64,000 nt of DNA from Planctomycetota bacterium (lineage in GTDB: Bacteria > Planctomycetota > B15-G4). Position 1 is the first letter of the stretch. Every line of letters starts with the position of its first letter. The notes beneath the pieces were generated by a model. It was not told the DNA's origin. It searched no databases and saw nothing but the letters and a program-made list of their open reading frames with translations. Shown here one piece after another: positions 50,038-58,911 of this stretch. The DNA is taken from positions 5,120,001 to 5,184,000 of the forward strand of contig CBDFJQ010000002.1 in assembly GCA_965248575.1 (NCBI GenBank). Direction: 5' to 3'. The position numbers and the translations under genes were made by a program.

Positions 50038-51134
50038 GTGCTGCCATCAACTCCGGGAAGGGGCTGTGGAAGCCCCGGGTGACGAACAAGATGCACCCCA
50101 AGGTCGAGAGCCAGGACATCCTGGCGTTCTTCCAGCAGTTGAGCACCTTGTTCCGCGCGGGTACGCCCATCTACGACGCGATCGTGATGTCGTCCGAGCA
50201 GACGCAGAGCGACAAGCTGCGGGTCGTCATCTTGGATATCGCACGGCAGGTGGCCGGCGGTGCGGAGCTGAACGCCGCCATGGCCAGCCACCGCAAGCTG
50301 TTCCTGCCGGAGTGGACGGAGATCATTGCGAGCGGAGAGCGGTCAGGGCAGCTGGAGGGCATGCTCGAACGCCTGGCCGTGCAGATCGATGCCGCGCAAC
50401 AGCTTCGCTCCAAGCTCGTGAGTGCCATGATCTATCCGGCCATCGTGATGGTGGTGGCGCTGGCGGCCCTGACGGTCATGCTCGTGAAGGTGGTGCCGAC
50501 CTTCGCGGACATGTTCGATGCCATGGGCGGTGAGCTGCCCCAGATCACGCAGGTCGTGCTGCAGGTCTCGAACTTCCTGCAGGCTCACGGAGTGCTCTTG
50601 TTTGCCGGGATCGTTGCCCTGGTCATGGGCTTCAAGCGATACATCAAGACCCCAGGTGGCTCCCGCAAGTGGGACCGCTTCCTGGTCTCTGCCCCGATGA
50701 TCGGCGAAGTCACCGTGCAGTCCTACATGCAGAAGTACGCCATCAACATCGCGTTGCTGCTGCGGGCGGGGCTGCCCATCCTGGATGCCATGCACGCCTT
50801 GCACGGCATCTACGAGAACTCCATGTACAAGGCTGCCATCTCCCGCGTCTGCCACGGCATCGAGCGCGGGGGCGGCATGGCCAACGGCATGGAGGACACT
50901 GGGATGTTCACCTCCTTCGTGGTGAGCATGACCCGCACCGGCGAGTCCTCGGGACAACTCCCGGAGGTGCTGGACGAGGTGGAGCTGTTCTACCGCCGCA
51001 AGGTGGAGACGGTCGCCGAGCGCCTCTCCAAGAGCCTCGAAACCGTGGTCATCCTGGGCATGGGTATCTGCGTCGCAGTGATTCTTTGTTCGGTCTACCT
51101 GCCCATGTTCTCCATGGCGAGCGGAGTGGGATGA
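50034..51134 (+). CDS. PilC/GspF inner-membrane platform protein
   Basis: FFQQLSTLFRAG, SGERSGQL, AMIYP, VVPTF, GESSGQL, VYLPMF. Confidence 0.95.
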   Translation: MSAAINSGKGLWKPRVTNKMHPKVESQDILAFFQQLSTLFRAGTPIYDAIVMSSEQTQSDKLRVVILDIARQVAGGAELNAAMASHRKLFLPEWTEIIASGERSGQLEGMLERLAVQIDAAQQLRSKLVSAMIYPAIVMVVALAALTVMLVKVVPTFADMFDAMGGELPQITQVVLQVSNFLQAHGVLLFAGIVALVMGFKRYIKTPGGSRKWDRFLVSAPMIGEVTVQSYMQKYAINIALLLRAGLPILDAMHALHGIYENSMYKAAISRVCHGIERGGGMANGMEDTGMFTSFVVSMTRTGESSGQLPEVLDEVELFYRRKVETVAERLSKSLETVVILGMGICVAVILCSVYLPMFSMASGVG

Positions 51135-52936
51135 TGCGTGAACTGAAAGCACGATTCCGTTGGGTTCACCTGGCCGCAGCTCTGCTGTGTCTCGCCGGCG
51201 CCCTGTCACCGGTCTGCGCCAGCATGCAGGAGGCGCGGGACGATTCCGTCTTCGGCGACGACTTCTCGCTGCTGGACCTGCCTGCCACCTTGATGGGGGG
51301 CGGCTCCATCGCCGAGCTCCTTTCCCAGCCGCTGCCTGGGCAAGCAGGGGACGGCGGGCGCGGGGAGAATGCGCCCGGCACGGTGGAGTTCCATCTGTCA
51401 GCCACAAACCGGCTGGACATGCACGCGCGCGACATCGAGGTGGTCGAGGCCTTGGCGCAGCTGCGCATCCTGGTCGAGCGCAACATCATCGTGGCGCCGG
51501 ACATCGTGGCGCGCTTCACCGGAGACCTGTACGACCTCGACGTGGAAGAGGCCATCGATGCAATGTGCCGCAGCACCGGGCTGGTGGCTCGCTACGAAGG
51601 GTCCTTCGTCTACATCGAGGCGGACGAGCAGGCTTCCCGGATCTTCGAACTCCAGTACGTACGCGGCGAGGATCTCGTCACCCTGATTGCCCCGCTGCTG
51701 TCAGAGACAGGCTTGGCAAGCGCAACGCTCCCAGCGCAGCAGGGCATCACACCGAGCCAGGAGGATGCTGGCGGAGATGGCTACGCCTCGCTTGACGTGC
51801 TGTTGGTGCACGACTTCCCCGCGAACCTGGAAGCGGTGGCGGAGGTTGTCGAGGTCCTGGACGTGCGCCCCAAGCAGGTCCTCATGGAGGCCACCATCCT
51901 GAGTGCCTCGCTGACGGATGAGTTCGCCGCGGGCATCGACTTCAACTTGCTGCAAGGGGTCAACTTCGAGGACATCGGTGCGAGCAGCTCGAATGGCACC
52001 TCGGTCACCTACGGCGGCTTCACGGGCGAACAGTTGAATGATGGCGCCGGCGCTGCCACCACGAGCCTGACCAATCTGTTGCCGACCGGCGGCTTGAACG
52101 TTGGCTTCCTGAACCACGGGGCCGGCTTCTTCATCCGGGCGTTGGAGCAGCTGACGGACACGACGATCCTGGCCAACCCGCGCATCATCGCGCTGAACAA
52201 ACAGCGAGGTGAGGTGCTGCTGGGGCGGCGCGACGGCTTCCTGACCACCACGGTGACCCAGACGTCCTCGACCCAGCGGGTGGAGTATCTGGAGACGGGG
52301 ACACGCTTGGTGTTCCGGGCCTTCATCGGCGATGACGAGTTCGTGCGCCTCGAGATTCACCCGGAAGACAGCGATGGCGGTGTGACAGCTGACGGCCTGC
52401 CCTTCAAGGAGACGGCTGAGGTGACCACGAACGTCCTGGTGCGTAGCGGCCAGACCATCGTCTTGGGTGGTCTGTTCCGCGAGCGCGTCCAGAAGGTCAA
52501 CAAGAGCACGCCGTGGCTTGGAAGCCTGCCCCTGCTGGGGCCGGTGTTCCAGAGCCAGGATGATGTGGCCACGCGCGAGGAGATCATCGTGATGCTCACG
52601 CCGCACATCCTGGATTCCGCCGACAGCTTGCTGGACCCCTCGGCTGCGGTTGCTGGCCTGGTGGATCGCGCGGCCCTCTCGGGCGCCTACGTCTACACGG
52701 CCCGCAACATGATGCAGGAGGGTGACTACGCGGGTGCGCTGATGTTCCTGGAAGCGAGTCGCGAGTTGGATCCCCTTCGAGTGGAGGTGGGTGGCCTGCA
52801 GCGGGAGGTCTTCGCGAGCCTGGTGCCTGATTTCGCAAGCCGGCTCGTCGATGCGCGGATCCTGGATGAGATCCTCTCGGCCCCGATTGCGGATGCAGGC
52901 GAGGCCCCGCCCGCGGACTGGAGTCAGAAGCGATGA
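51131..52936 (+). CDS. Secretin (PilQ/GspD/MshL-like)
   Basis: Signal peptide from ATG 51131; LDVRPKQVLMEATI, ILANPRIIALN, VRSGQTIVLGGLF, PWLGSLPLLGPVF, EIIVMLTPHI. Confidence 0.94.
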   Translation: MMRELKARFRWVHLAAALLCLAGALSPVCASMQEARDDSVFGDDFSLLDLPATLMGGGSIAELLSQPLPGQAGDGGRGENAPGTVEFHLSATNRLDMHARDIEVVEALAQLRILVERNIIVAPDIVARFTGDLYDLDVEEAIDAMCRSTGLVARYEGSFVYIEADEQASRIFELQYVRGEDLVTLIAPLLSETGLASATLPAQQGITPSQEDAGGDGYASLDVLLVHDFPANLEAVAEVVEVLDVRPKQVLMEATILSASLTDEFAAGIDFNLLQGVNFEDIGASSSNGTSVTYGGFTGEQLNDGAGAATTSLTNLLPTGGLNVGFLNHGAGFFIRALEQLTDTTILANPRIIALNKQRGEVLLGRRDGFLTTTVTQTSSTQRVEYLETGTRLVFRAFIGDDEFVRLEIHPEDSDGGVTADGLPFKETAEVTTNVLVRSGQTIVLGGLFRERVQKVNKSTPWLGSLPLLGPVFQSQDDVATREEIIVMLTPHILDSADSLLDPSAAVAGLVDRAALSGAYVYTARNMMQEGDYAGALMFLEASRELDPLRVEVGGLQREVFASLVPDFASRLVDARILDEILSAPIADAGEAPPADWSQKR

Positions 52937-54567
52937 ACAGCCTGATTCACAAGCCGACGATCGCGCTCGTCGCGCTGGCTGCATGCCTGGGCGGTTGCAT
53001 GGCCGGTGACCAGAGCAAGAACTCGGGCCGCTATGGCGATGGAGACCTGCCTTCGGCCCACGACGCAACCCGCGCTGGCTGGCCGTCCAACCCGGAGTAT
53101 CAGCGCACTCGGCTGGACGCCGCTGTCCAGGAGGGAGAACGCCTCTTGAGCCTGGGTGATGTGGCGGGTGCCCGACGCATGCTCGCAGAGGTTCCCGCTA
53201 CCGGCCTGGAAGATGGGCGCCTGCACTTGCTCTACGCGCGCATCTCCATGTCTGAAGGGCGGCCCCAGGATGTGGAATGGCACCTGGGCGAAGCGTCCGT
53301 GCTGATGCCACGCAATGGCGAAGTCGACCTGATGCGCGCAACCTTCCGGGAGGTCTACGGCGACTGGGCTGCAGCGCGCGACGCCTTTGCTGAAGCTGCG
53401 AAGAAGATGCCGGACGACACCACAGCCATCGTGTCGCAAGCGCGCGTCATGTTGGCCTTGGGTGAAGCCGAAGCCGCCGTGACCCTGCTCAACCTGGAAA
53501 TCGGTAGCCGTCCGCTCTCCGGCGAGCTGCTGCGCACCGCGGGCTTCGTGAAGCTCGCGGCAGGGCAGTTTGACGAGGCGGCCCGGGACTTCCGGGATGC
53601 CAAGGACCTCCTGCCCATGGATGGACGGCACCTGGAGACCATGTATCTGGCCCTGGCACGGGCCGGACGCTACGCCGATGTGGTTTCCCTCGTTCGGCAG
53701 GAAGAGCTTTCGGAGCTCACCCCCCTCGCGCTCTACACGGTGGGCCACTCGGCACTGCTGGCCCAGGAGGCAGGCCTGGCAGTCAGCGCCTTCCAGCTCT
53801 GGATCGGTCACGATCGTGGGAACCCCGAATCATGGCTGGATCTCGCACGGGCCCACTTCCAGGACGAGCAGTACACCGCCGCCTTCGAAGCCGTGACGAA
53901 GGTGCTGCGAGTACGCCCTGACCACCTCGAGTCGCTGGTCCTGTTGGGCCACATCCGGAGTCAGGTCGGCCAGTACGCCGAGGCCATGGCCACGTACCGC
54001 GAGGCTGCGCGTCTCGGTGCCGATGGAGTGGTGCTGGCGCCTGTCATGCTGCGCTTGGTCGACCTCATGGAGGGCGAACGAGTGGCTGCCATGGAGTCCG
54101 GGCATTCCACGCCCGGGGAGCAGGATTCGTCGAGCCAGGTGTCCTCACCAGGGCAGTCGGTCACGACGGCCCTGAACGCCACGCCTACGAACGCACAGCA
54201 GGCCTCCGGGAGTTCCAGTTCGACGCGATCCCCGGATTCGGAAGCTGCCGCGATGGCCGAGGCCGAGTCGTCCGGGCGTCCGTTGGCGCGAACCACGCTG
54301 GATCCCATGGAATCCGCCCAACTCATGGCAGGCAGCCGTCGTGCTCCGCCGGCACAAATCTCCGCTGCTCCTCAACGGGAGCCGGAGCCCAAGCCTGAGA
54401 GCTGGATGCCCGAGCTGCCCGACGCCGGGCCAGCCGCCGAGGAAGGGCTCAACGCGTTCGAGGGGCTGCTGATGCCCTTCTTCGTGGCAGAGGTGTCGGT
54501 GGCGCTGGAGAGCTCCCGCTCCGTGGATGGCGCGAGCCCTGTCATGGCCGCGCCCGAAGGAGAGTGA
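52933..54567 (+). CDS. TPR lipoprotein (pilotin/PilF/MshN-like)
   Basis: Lipobox LGGC, multiple TPR units, disordered tail; ATGA-coupled to the secretin. Confidence 0.78.
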   Translation: MNSLIHKPTIALVALAACLGGCMAGDQSKNSGRYGDGDLPSAHDATRAGWPSNPEYQRTRLDAAVQEGERLLSLGDVAGARRMLAEVPATGLEDGRLHLLYARISMSEGRPQDVEWHLGEASVLMPRNGEVDLMRATFREVYGDWAAARDAFAEAAKKMPDDTTAIVSQARVMLALGEAEAAVTLLNLEIGSRPLSGELLRTAGFVKLAAGQFDEAARDFRDAKDLLPMDGRHLETMYLALARAGRYADVVSLVRQEELSELTPLALYTVGHSALLAQEAGLAVSAFQLWIGHDRGNPESWLDLARAHFQDEQYTAAFEAVTKVLRVRPDHLESLVLLGHIRSQVGQYAEAMATYREAARLGADGVVLAPVMLRLVDLMEGERVAAMESGHSTPGEQDSSSQVSSPGQSVTTALNATPTNAQQASGSSSSTRSPDSEAAAMAEAESSGRPLARTTLDPMESAQLMAGSRRAPPAQISAAPQREPEPKPESWMPELPDAGPAAEEGLNAFEGLLMPFFVAEVSVALESSRSVDGASPVMAAPEGE

Positions 54568-54568
54568 C

Positions 54569-55024
54569 GTGAGCCGCCCGCAGCTCCAGAGCCTGCGGGC
54601 CACTCCGACTTGCGCCGGTTACACCTTGCCGGAGGTCATCATGGTGGTGGTGATCATCGGTGTCTTCGTGTTCGGCATGGTGGGCAGCTACTCCTTGGCA
54701 GCCGAGCAGGGGAGGGTCGACCAGGCGGCCGCGGGCCTGCATTCCGTCTGGGTCGCGCAGCGTCTGTACAAGCTGGAGCACGGGACCTTCGCGGCCGACC
54801 TCCAGACCCTGGCCGACAACCGGTACTTGCAGGACGGGCTCGACGAAGTGAGTGAACCGTTCTCCTTCGCGATGGTGACGGCGGACAGCGACGAGTTCAC
54901 CGTCCAGTGTGTACGCGGCGGCAGCGGCGTCTGGTTTGGAAACATGAACCTCAACCACAACGGTTGGTTGTGGGGGAGCATCTTGGGGGATGGCAAGATT
55001 GTCTCGCCGACGACCCTCAAGTGA
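54569..55024 (+). CDS. Minor type IV pilin (PilE-like)
   Basis: AG|YTLPEVIMVVVIIGV; AQRLYKLEHGTFA. Confidence 0.85.
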   Translation: MSRPQLQSLRATPTCAGYTLPEVIMVVVIIGVFVFGMVGSYSLAAEQGRVDQAAAGLHSVWVAQRLYKLEHGTFAADLQTLADNRYLQDGLDEVSEPFSFAMVTADSDEFTVQCVRGGSGVWFGNMNLNHNGWLWGSILGDGKIVSPTTLK

Positions 55025-55352
55025 ACGTGGTTTCACCATCTTGGAGTGCGAGATTGCACTTCTGGTGTTGACGCTCTCGGTGGTGCTCATGTCACGCATG
55101 ATCGCTGAGCACGATGTGCTGTTGCAGAGCATGGACGCCTGGCTGGAAGGTGACGATCCGACCTATTACGTCGTGCCGAGGGACAGCAAGTTTGAACGCT
55201 ATCTGGAGCACGCACCTGATCTGTCCCTGACCCCCGGGGCGGTGGGCGGTGGGGCGGGAGCTGGCGTCTACGCGGTGTCCATCTTCACCACGCAACGCAC
55301 GCTGGATCCACCGAGCCTCAGCATCGTGGTCAACATGAGGCCGGCGAGCTAG
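54990..55352 (+). CDS. Minor pilin (PilV/GspI-like)
   Basis: RG|FTILECEIALLVLTLSVV. Confidence 0.8.
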   Translation: MARLSRRRPSSERGFTILECEIALLVLTLSVVLMSRMIAEHDVLLQSMDAWLEGDDPTYYVVPRDSKFERYLEHAPDLSLTPGAVGGGAGAGVYAVSIFTTQRTLDPPSLSIVVNMRPAS

Positions 55353-55354
55353 CC

Positions 55355-55846
55355 ATGCTTGCGCGACGCGATTCCCAATCCGGTTTCACTCTCGTCGAGA
55401 TCATGATCTCGCTCACCTTGTCGAGCATCCTGATCATGTTGGCGGTGAAGGTTCAGCGCGGTCAGCAGCATTCCATCACCGCCCTGCGTACCCGTGCCTA
55501 CGCCACGACCGAGTTGCGCATGGCGACGGAGTGGTTGCGGCATGACCTGGCGGCGGGAGACAAGGTGAGCTGGCAGGATCCTTGGCTGAAGATCGAACGT
55601 GAAGGGCCGCTCGCTCAGCAATACGGTGCCTGGACCGGCTCCTATGACTTCGGAGTGAGCTATCGCCTGGACGTTCGCAACCTGTTGCGCATCGATTGGA
55701 AGACGGCTGAGGCACACGCCGTGGCCACTGGCATCGACCGCTTCGAGGTCGTGGACGATGGAACGTTCGTCACCATCACGCTCGGATGGGACGATGACGA
55801 CGACATGAATGGTCGCGTCCTGAACCTCGTCTGGGAGAACCTGTGA
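55355..55846 (+). CDS. Minor pilin (PilW/GspJ-like)
   Basis: SG|FTLVEIMISLTLSSILI; WLRHDL. Confidence 0.87.
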   Translation: MLARRDSQSGFTLVEIMISLTLSSILIMLAVKVQRGQQHSITALRTRAYATTELRMATEWLRHDLAAGDKVSWQDPWLKIEREGPLAQQYGAWTGSYDFGVSYRLDVRNLLRIDWKTAEAHAVATGIDRFEVVDDGTFVTITLGWDDDDDMNGRVLNLVWENL

Positions 55847-56277
55847 TGGTCTGGCGGAGCAGGCCTCGGCGAGAGACGAGCGTGCCGGCCCAGGAACCAC
55901 TGGCGAAGGCACGTCGCGGCGAGCGTGGGCTGATCCTGGTCTACGTGTCCGTGCTGGGCTTCCTCATGATGCTTGTCTGGAGCCTCTCCTGGCGTGCGAC
56001 CCACGACGCCATCCGGGTCGAGCGCTCGCTCACCTGGCGAGACACTCACGACACCTCCGTGACCCGCGCTGCGGCGATCGGTCTCGAACTGCTGGAGACC
56101 GGCTTCCCCCCGACTGAGGACTACACCTGCATCGTCACCATCGTGGACGGTGCCGATGTCTACGAGTGCCTGCTGGAATACTCCATCGTCACGTGGCCCT
56201 GGCGAAGGGGATTGGATGTGCGTCTGGCGACAGATGCAGAAGTCGCCATATATCCGGCGGCGCCTGTCACCTTCTGA
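55843..56277 (+). CDS. Minor pilin (PilX/GspK-like)
   Basis: RG|LILVYVSVLGFLMML lacking E5; AAAIGL. Confidence 0.78.
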   Translation: MMVWRSRPRRETSVPAQEPLAKARRGERGLILVYVSVLGFLMMLVWSLSWRATHDAIRVERSLTWRDTHDTSVTRAAAIGLELLETGFPPTEDYTCIVTIVDGADVYECLLEYSIVTWPWRRGLDVRLATDAEVAIYPAAPVTF

Positions 56278-56336
56278 TGCGTTTCACGGGGCTCAAGCCC
56301 ACGTGGCCTGCCCGACGATAAAGCCGGCTGAGAGCA

Positions 56337-56363
56337 CGAAGCCCCCAGCGGCGTGGGGGTTCG
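56337..56363. other. GC-rich hairpin between the last pilin and the DUF5658-like gene
   Basis: CGAA-g-CCCCCA-gcggcg-TGGGGG-TTCG; no U-tract. Confidence 0.45.
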
Positions 56364-56388
56364 CACCAGGCCATGAACCGGAGCCCCC

Positions 56389-56859
56389 GTGAACGCACCG
56401 GGCGTCAAGCAGCAGGAGTCGGACCGCCGCGAGGCTCGCTTGGACCGGCGGGTTCGGCGGACACCGGTGTTCTCCCGCTACTGGCTGCGCGGGCGGCGTC
56501 GCGGATCCCGCCGCGGCGGTGACGAAGGCCAGGTCTACGTCGATCGCTACACGGGTTACGAATGGGGGCTGGCCGTCTCCGTGGTCTCGCTCTCGGTCTG
56601 CGACCTGATCTTGACGCTGGTCTACCTCTCGCTGGGGGGCGAAGAGGGCAACCCGATCATGCAACGCCTGCTGGACCACAGTGAAGGGGCTTTCATCGGC
56701 GTGAAGTGTGCCGTGTCGTTGGTGGGAGCCATCGTCCTGTTGGTGCACGTGCGCTTCCGCCGGGCCCGGGCGAGCTTGACGGGGCTGGTGGTGCTCTATG
56801 TCGCGCTGATCATCTACCACCTCGTGACCTGGGTTCCCGCCGTACTGAGCGAGAGTTGA
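56389..56859 (+). CDS. DUF5658-like small membrane protein with Arg-rich N-terminus
   Basis: DRR..DRR..RGRRRGSRR, YVDRY, DLILT..GGEEGNPIM, K in TM2, YH in TM3. Confidence 0.7.
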   Translation: MNAPGVKQQESDRREARLDRRVRRTPVFSRYWLRGRRRGSRRGGDEGQVYVDRYTGYEWGLAVSVVSLSVCDLILTLVYLSLGGEEGNPIMQRLLDHSEGAFIGVKCAVSLVGAIVLLVHVRFRRARASLTGLVVLYVALIIYHLVTWVPAVLSES

Positions 56860-56862
56860 GGG

Positions 56863-58911
56863 GTGGTCATGACGGACTCCATGACCCCAGTCGTTTCCGT
56901 GCGCACCACGACCGGGCATCGCAAGGTGTTCCTGCGCGCCTGGTTCTCCGTGACGGCGGTGTTGTTCTTGAACGAGGTGGGTACGAACCTCTTCGCCCTC
57001 TTCAGCCGGTTCCAGAACGCCAAGGTGCTCAACTCCCTCTCGTCCGAGGCCCAGAGCGCCGTGAATATCCTGGCCTGGCAGGTCTTGGGCATGCTCGGAA
57101 TGGCCCTGGGCATGAGCCTGATGCTGTGCCTTCCCTGGGCAGCCGTGTGGGCCACCGTGTGGTCGCGATGGCGAGTTCGCTGGGGGGAGAGCCGGGTGAC
57201 CCGCGTGCTGTTCTGGGTCGTCGCAGCCTTCTGCTTCTTCCACGTCTGGTACTCGCTGCACGGGATGCTGTTGCCGAGCACTCGCCTACGAGATTCTCCG
57301 CTTGTCGTGGCCGGTGGGAGCTTCGACAACACGGACCTCGTCTGGCCCAGCGCACGCCTGGCTCTCCTGCCCCTGACCGCCCTGGTGGGCGTGATGGCGG
57401 CCGTCTATGCGCTGATGGTCAGCCGTCCGCTGCGTCGGTCCGTGGGGTTCGCCACGGGAAGCCTGGCCGTGATCGGCGTGGGCTACAGCATGCTCACTGC
57501 ACCAGGGCCGGCCGTGCGATTCACCGCTCCTGGGAGCGTCGTCGTGCTCGGTGTGGACTCGCTGCAGAGCAACCGCCTGCCCTTGGGCGGTGGGCCAGCG
57601 GATGCCGCGCCCCACATCAACGACTTCCTGGAGCGGAGTCATCGCTTCGAGAACGCCTGGACGCCCTTCGCCCGGACCTATCCCTCCTGGGTGTCGATGT
57701 TCACGGGTCGTTACCCGATGCGCCACGGCGTGCGCTTCAACCTCGTCCCCGACACGCATCTGGCGGACGACAATCGCTATCTCGCGCGGAGCCTGTCGCA
57801 AGCCGGCTACTCCACGCTGCACGCAACGGATGAGACACGCTTCAGCATCATCCGGCCGAACTTCGGCTTCGAGGACCAGCTTCATCCCGTGATGGGGCTT
57901 CCGGATTTCCTCGTGGGCTCGTTCTTCGATTTCTCCGCCGTCAATCTGGTGCGGCAGACGGTCCTGGGGCACGACCTCTTTCCGCTCCTGGCGAACAACC
58001 GAGCAGTGGTGGGTTACAACCCGCGGCTGTGGGTGCGTAACTTCCTGAAGCGCATCAACGAGCTGCCGCAGGACAAGCCGCTCTTCGTGGCCGCTCATCT
58101 GTGTGGCAACCACTGGCCGTTCAGCACACCCTTCCCCTATTGGGTGGGTGCGACGAATGGCGTGGATGCTTGCATCGCCATGGTCGATGACCAGGTGGGG
58201 GAGATCCTGGCCTATCTGGACGAAGCCGGGCTGATGGAGACGTCCACCGTCGTGATGCTCTCCGACCACGGAGACGGCTGGTCAGGAGACCCGGAAGACA
58301 CGACGAACACACACGGGGACCACCTGGACAGCCTGCTCGCCAACAAGGTCGTGCTCGGGGTCCATCGGCCAGGGGAGGTTCCAGGTATCAGCAAGGAGCT
58401 GGTGCGCACCTTCGACCTCTACCCGACGGTCCTGGAGCTGGCGGGGCTGGAACCGGAGCCGGACGCGATCGACGGGAGCTCGCTCTTGCCCTTGATGGGG
58501 ATGGGCGCTGAGGCCATGGAGTCCGAGACTCCCCGCAGCTGCTTCGCGGAATCAGGCTTCGACAAGAAGACGTTCCTCGTGTCACGGCTCATCGAGCAGA
58601 GCGCAAGTTGGTATGGCTTCGACCCTGAGACCCAGCTGATCACCCTGAAGGAAGAGGGGTTCCAGGAGCTCATGAACACCAAGTCGTACATGCTCATGCG
58701 CGAGGATTTGCGCCTGATCCTGACACCAGCTCGGGGGCGCTTCTCCATCTCACGCTTCGATCGCATCACTGGCGAAGAGGTCATGGTGACGGACGAGATC
58801 CCCGAGCACGTGCGCCTCGGGATGCTCACCGAACTGCTCCAACACTATCGCCTGAATGCCGACGACTTGTTGGCCATGGCGCGTCAGCGTGGCTTCCTGG
58901 GGAGCTCCTGA
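56863..58911 (+). CDS. Membrane-anchored sulfatase-like/LtaS-EptA-like enzyme (about 5 TM + alkaline-phosphatase-superfamily domain)
   Basis: About five N-terminal TM helices; GVDSL, ARTYPSWVSMFTG, HWP, SDHG, THG. Confidence 0.83.
   Translation: MVMTDSMTPVVSVRTTTGHRKVFLRAWFSVTAVLFLNEVGTNLFALFSRFQNAKVLNSLSSEAQSAVNILAWQVLGMLGMALGMSLMLCLPWAAVWATVWSRWRVRWGESRVTRVLFWVVAAFCFFHVWYSLHGMLLPSTRLRDSPLVVAGGSFDNTDLVWPSARLALLPLTALVGVMAAVYALMVSRPLRRSVGFATGSLAVIGVGYSMLTAPGPAVRFTAPGSVVVLGVDSLQSNRLPLGGGPADAAPHINDFLERSHRFENAWTPFARTYPSWVSMFTGRYPMRHGVRFNLVPDTHLADDNRYLARSLSQAGYSTLHATDETRFSIIRPNFGFEDQLHPVMGLPDFLVGSFFDFSAVNLVRQTVLGHDLFPLLANNRAVVGYNPRLWVRNFLKRINELPQDKPLFVAAHLCGNHWPFSTPFPYWVGATNGVDACIAMVDDQVGEILAYLDEAGLMETSTVVMLSDHGDGWSGDPEDTTNTHGDHLDSLLANKVVLGVHRPGEVPGISKELVRTFDLYPTVLELAGLEPEPDAIDGSSLLPLMGMGAEAMESETPRSCFAESGFDKKTFLVSRLIEQSASWYGFDPETQLITLKEEGFQELMNTKSYMLMREDLRLILTPARGRFSISRFDRITGEEVMVTDEIPEHVRLGMLTELLQHYRLNADDLLAMARQRGFLGSS

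Noticed and set aside
50669..51130. Extended secretin start (likewise pepN to 12923 and the 60961 ORF to 62184)
   Set aside because: The extensions overlap neighbouring real genes; signal peptide or homology starts downstream.
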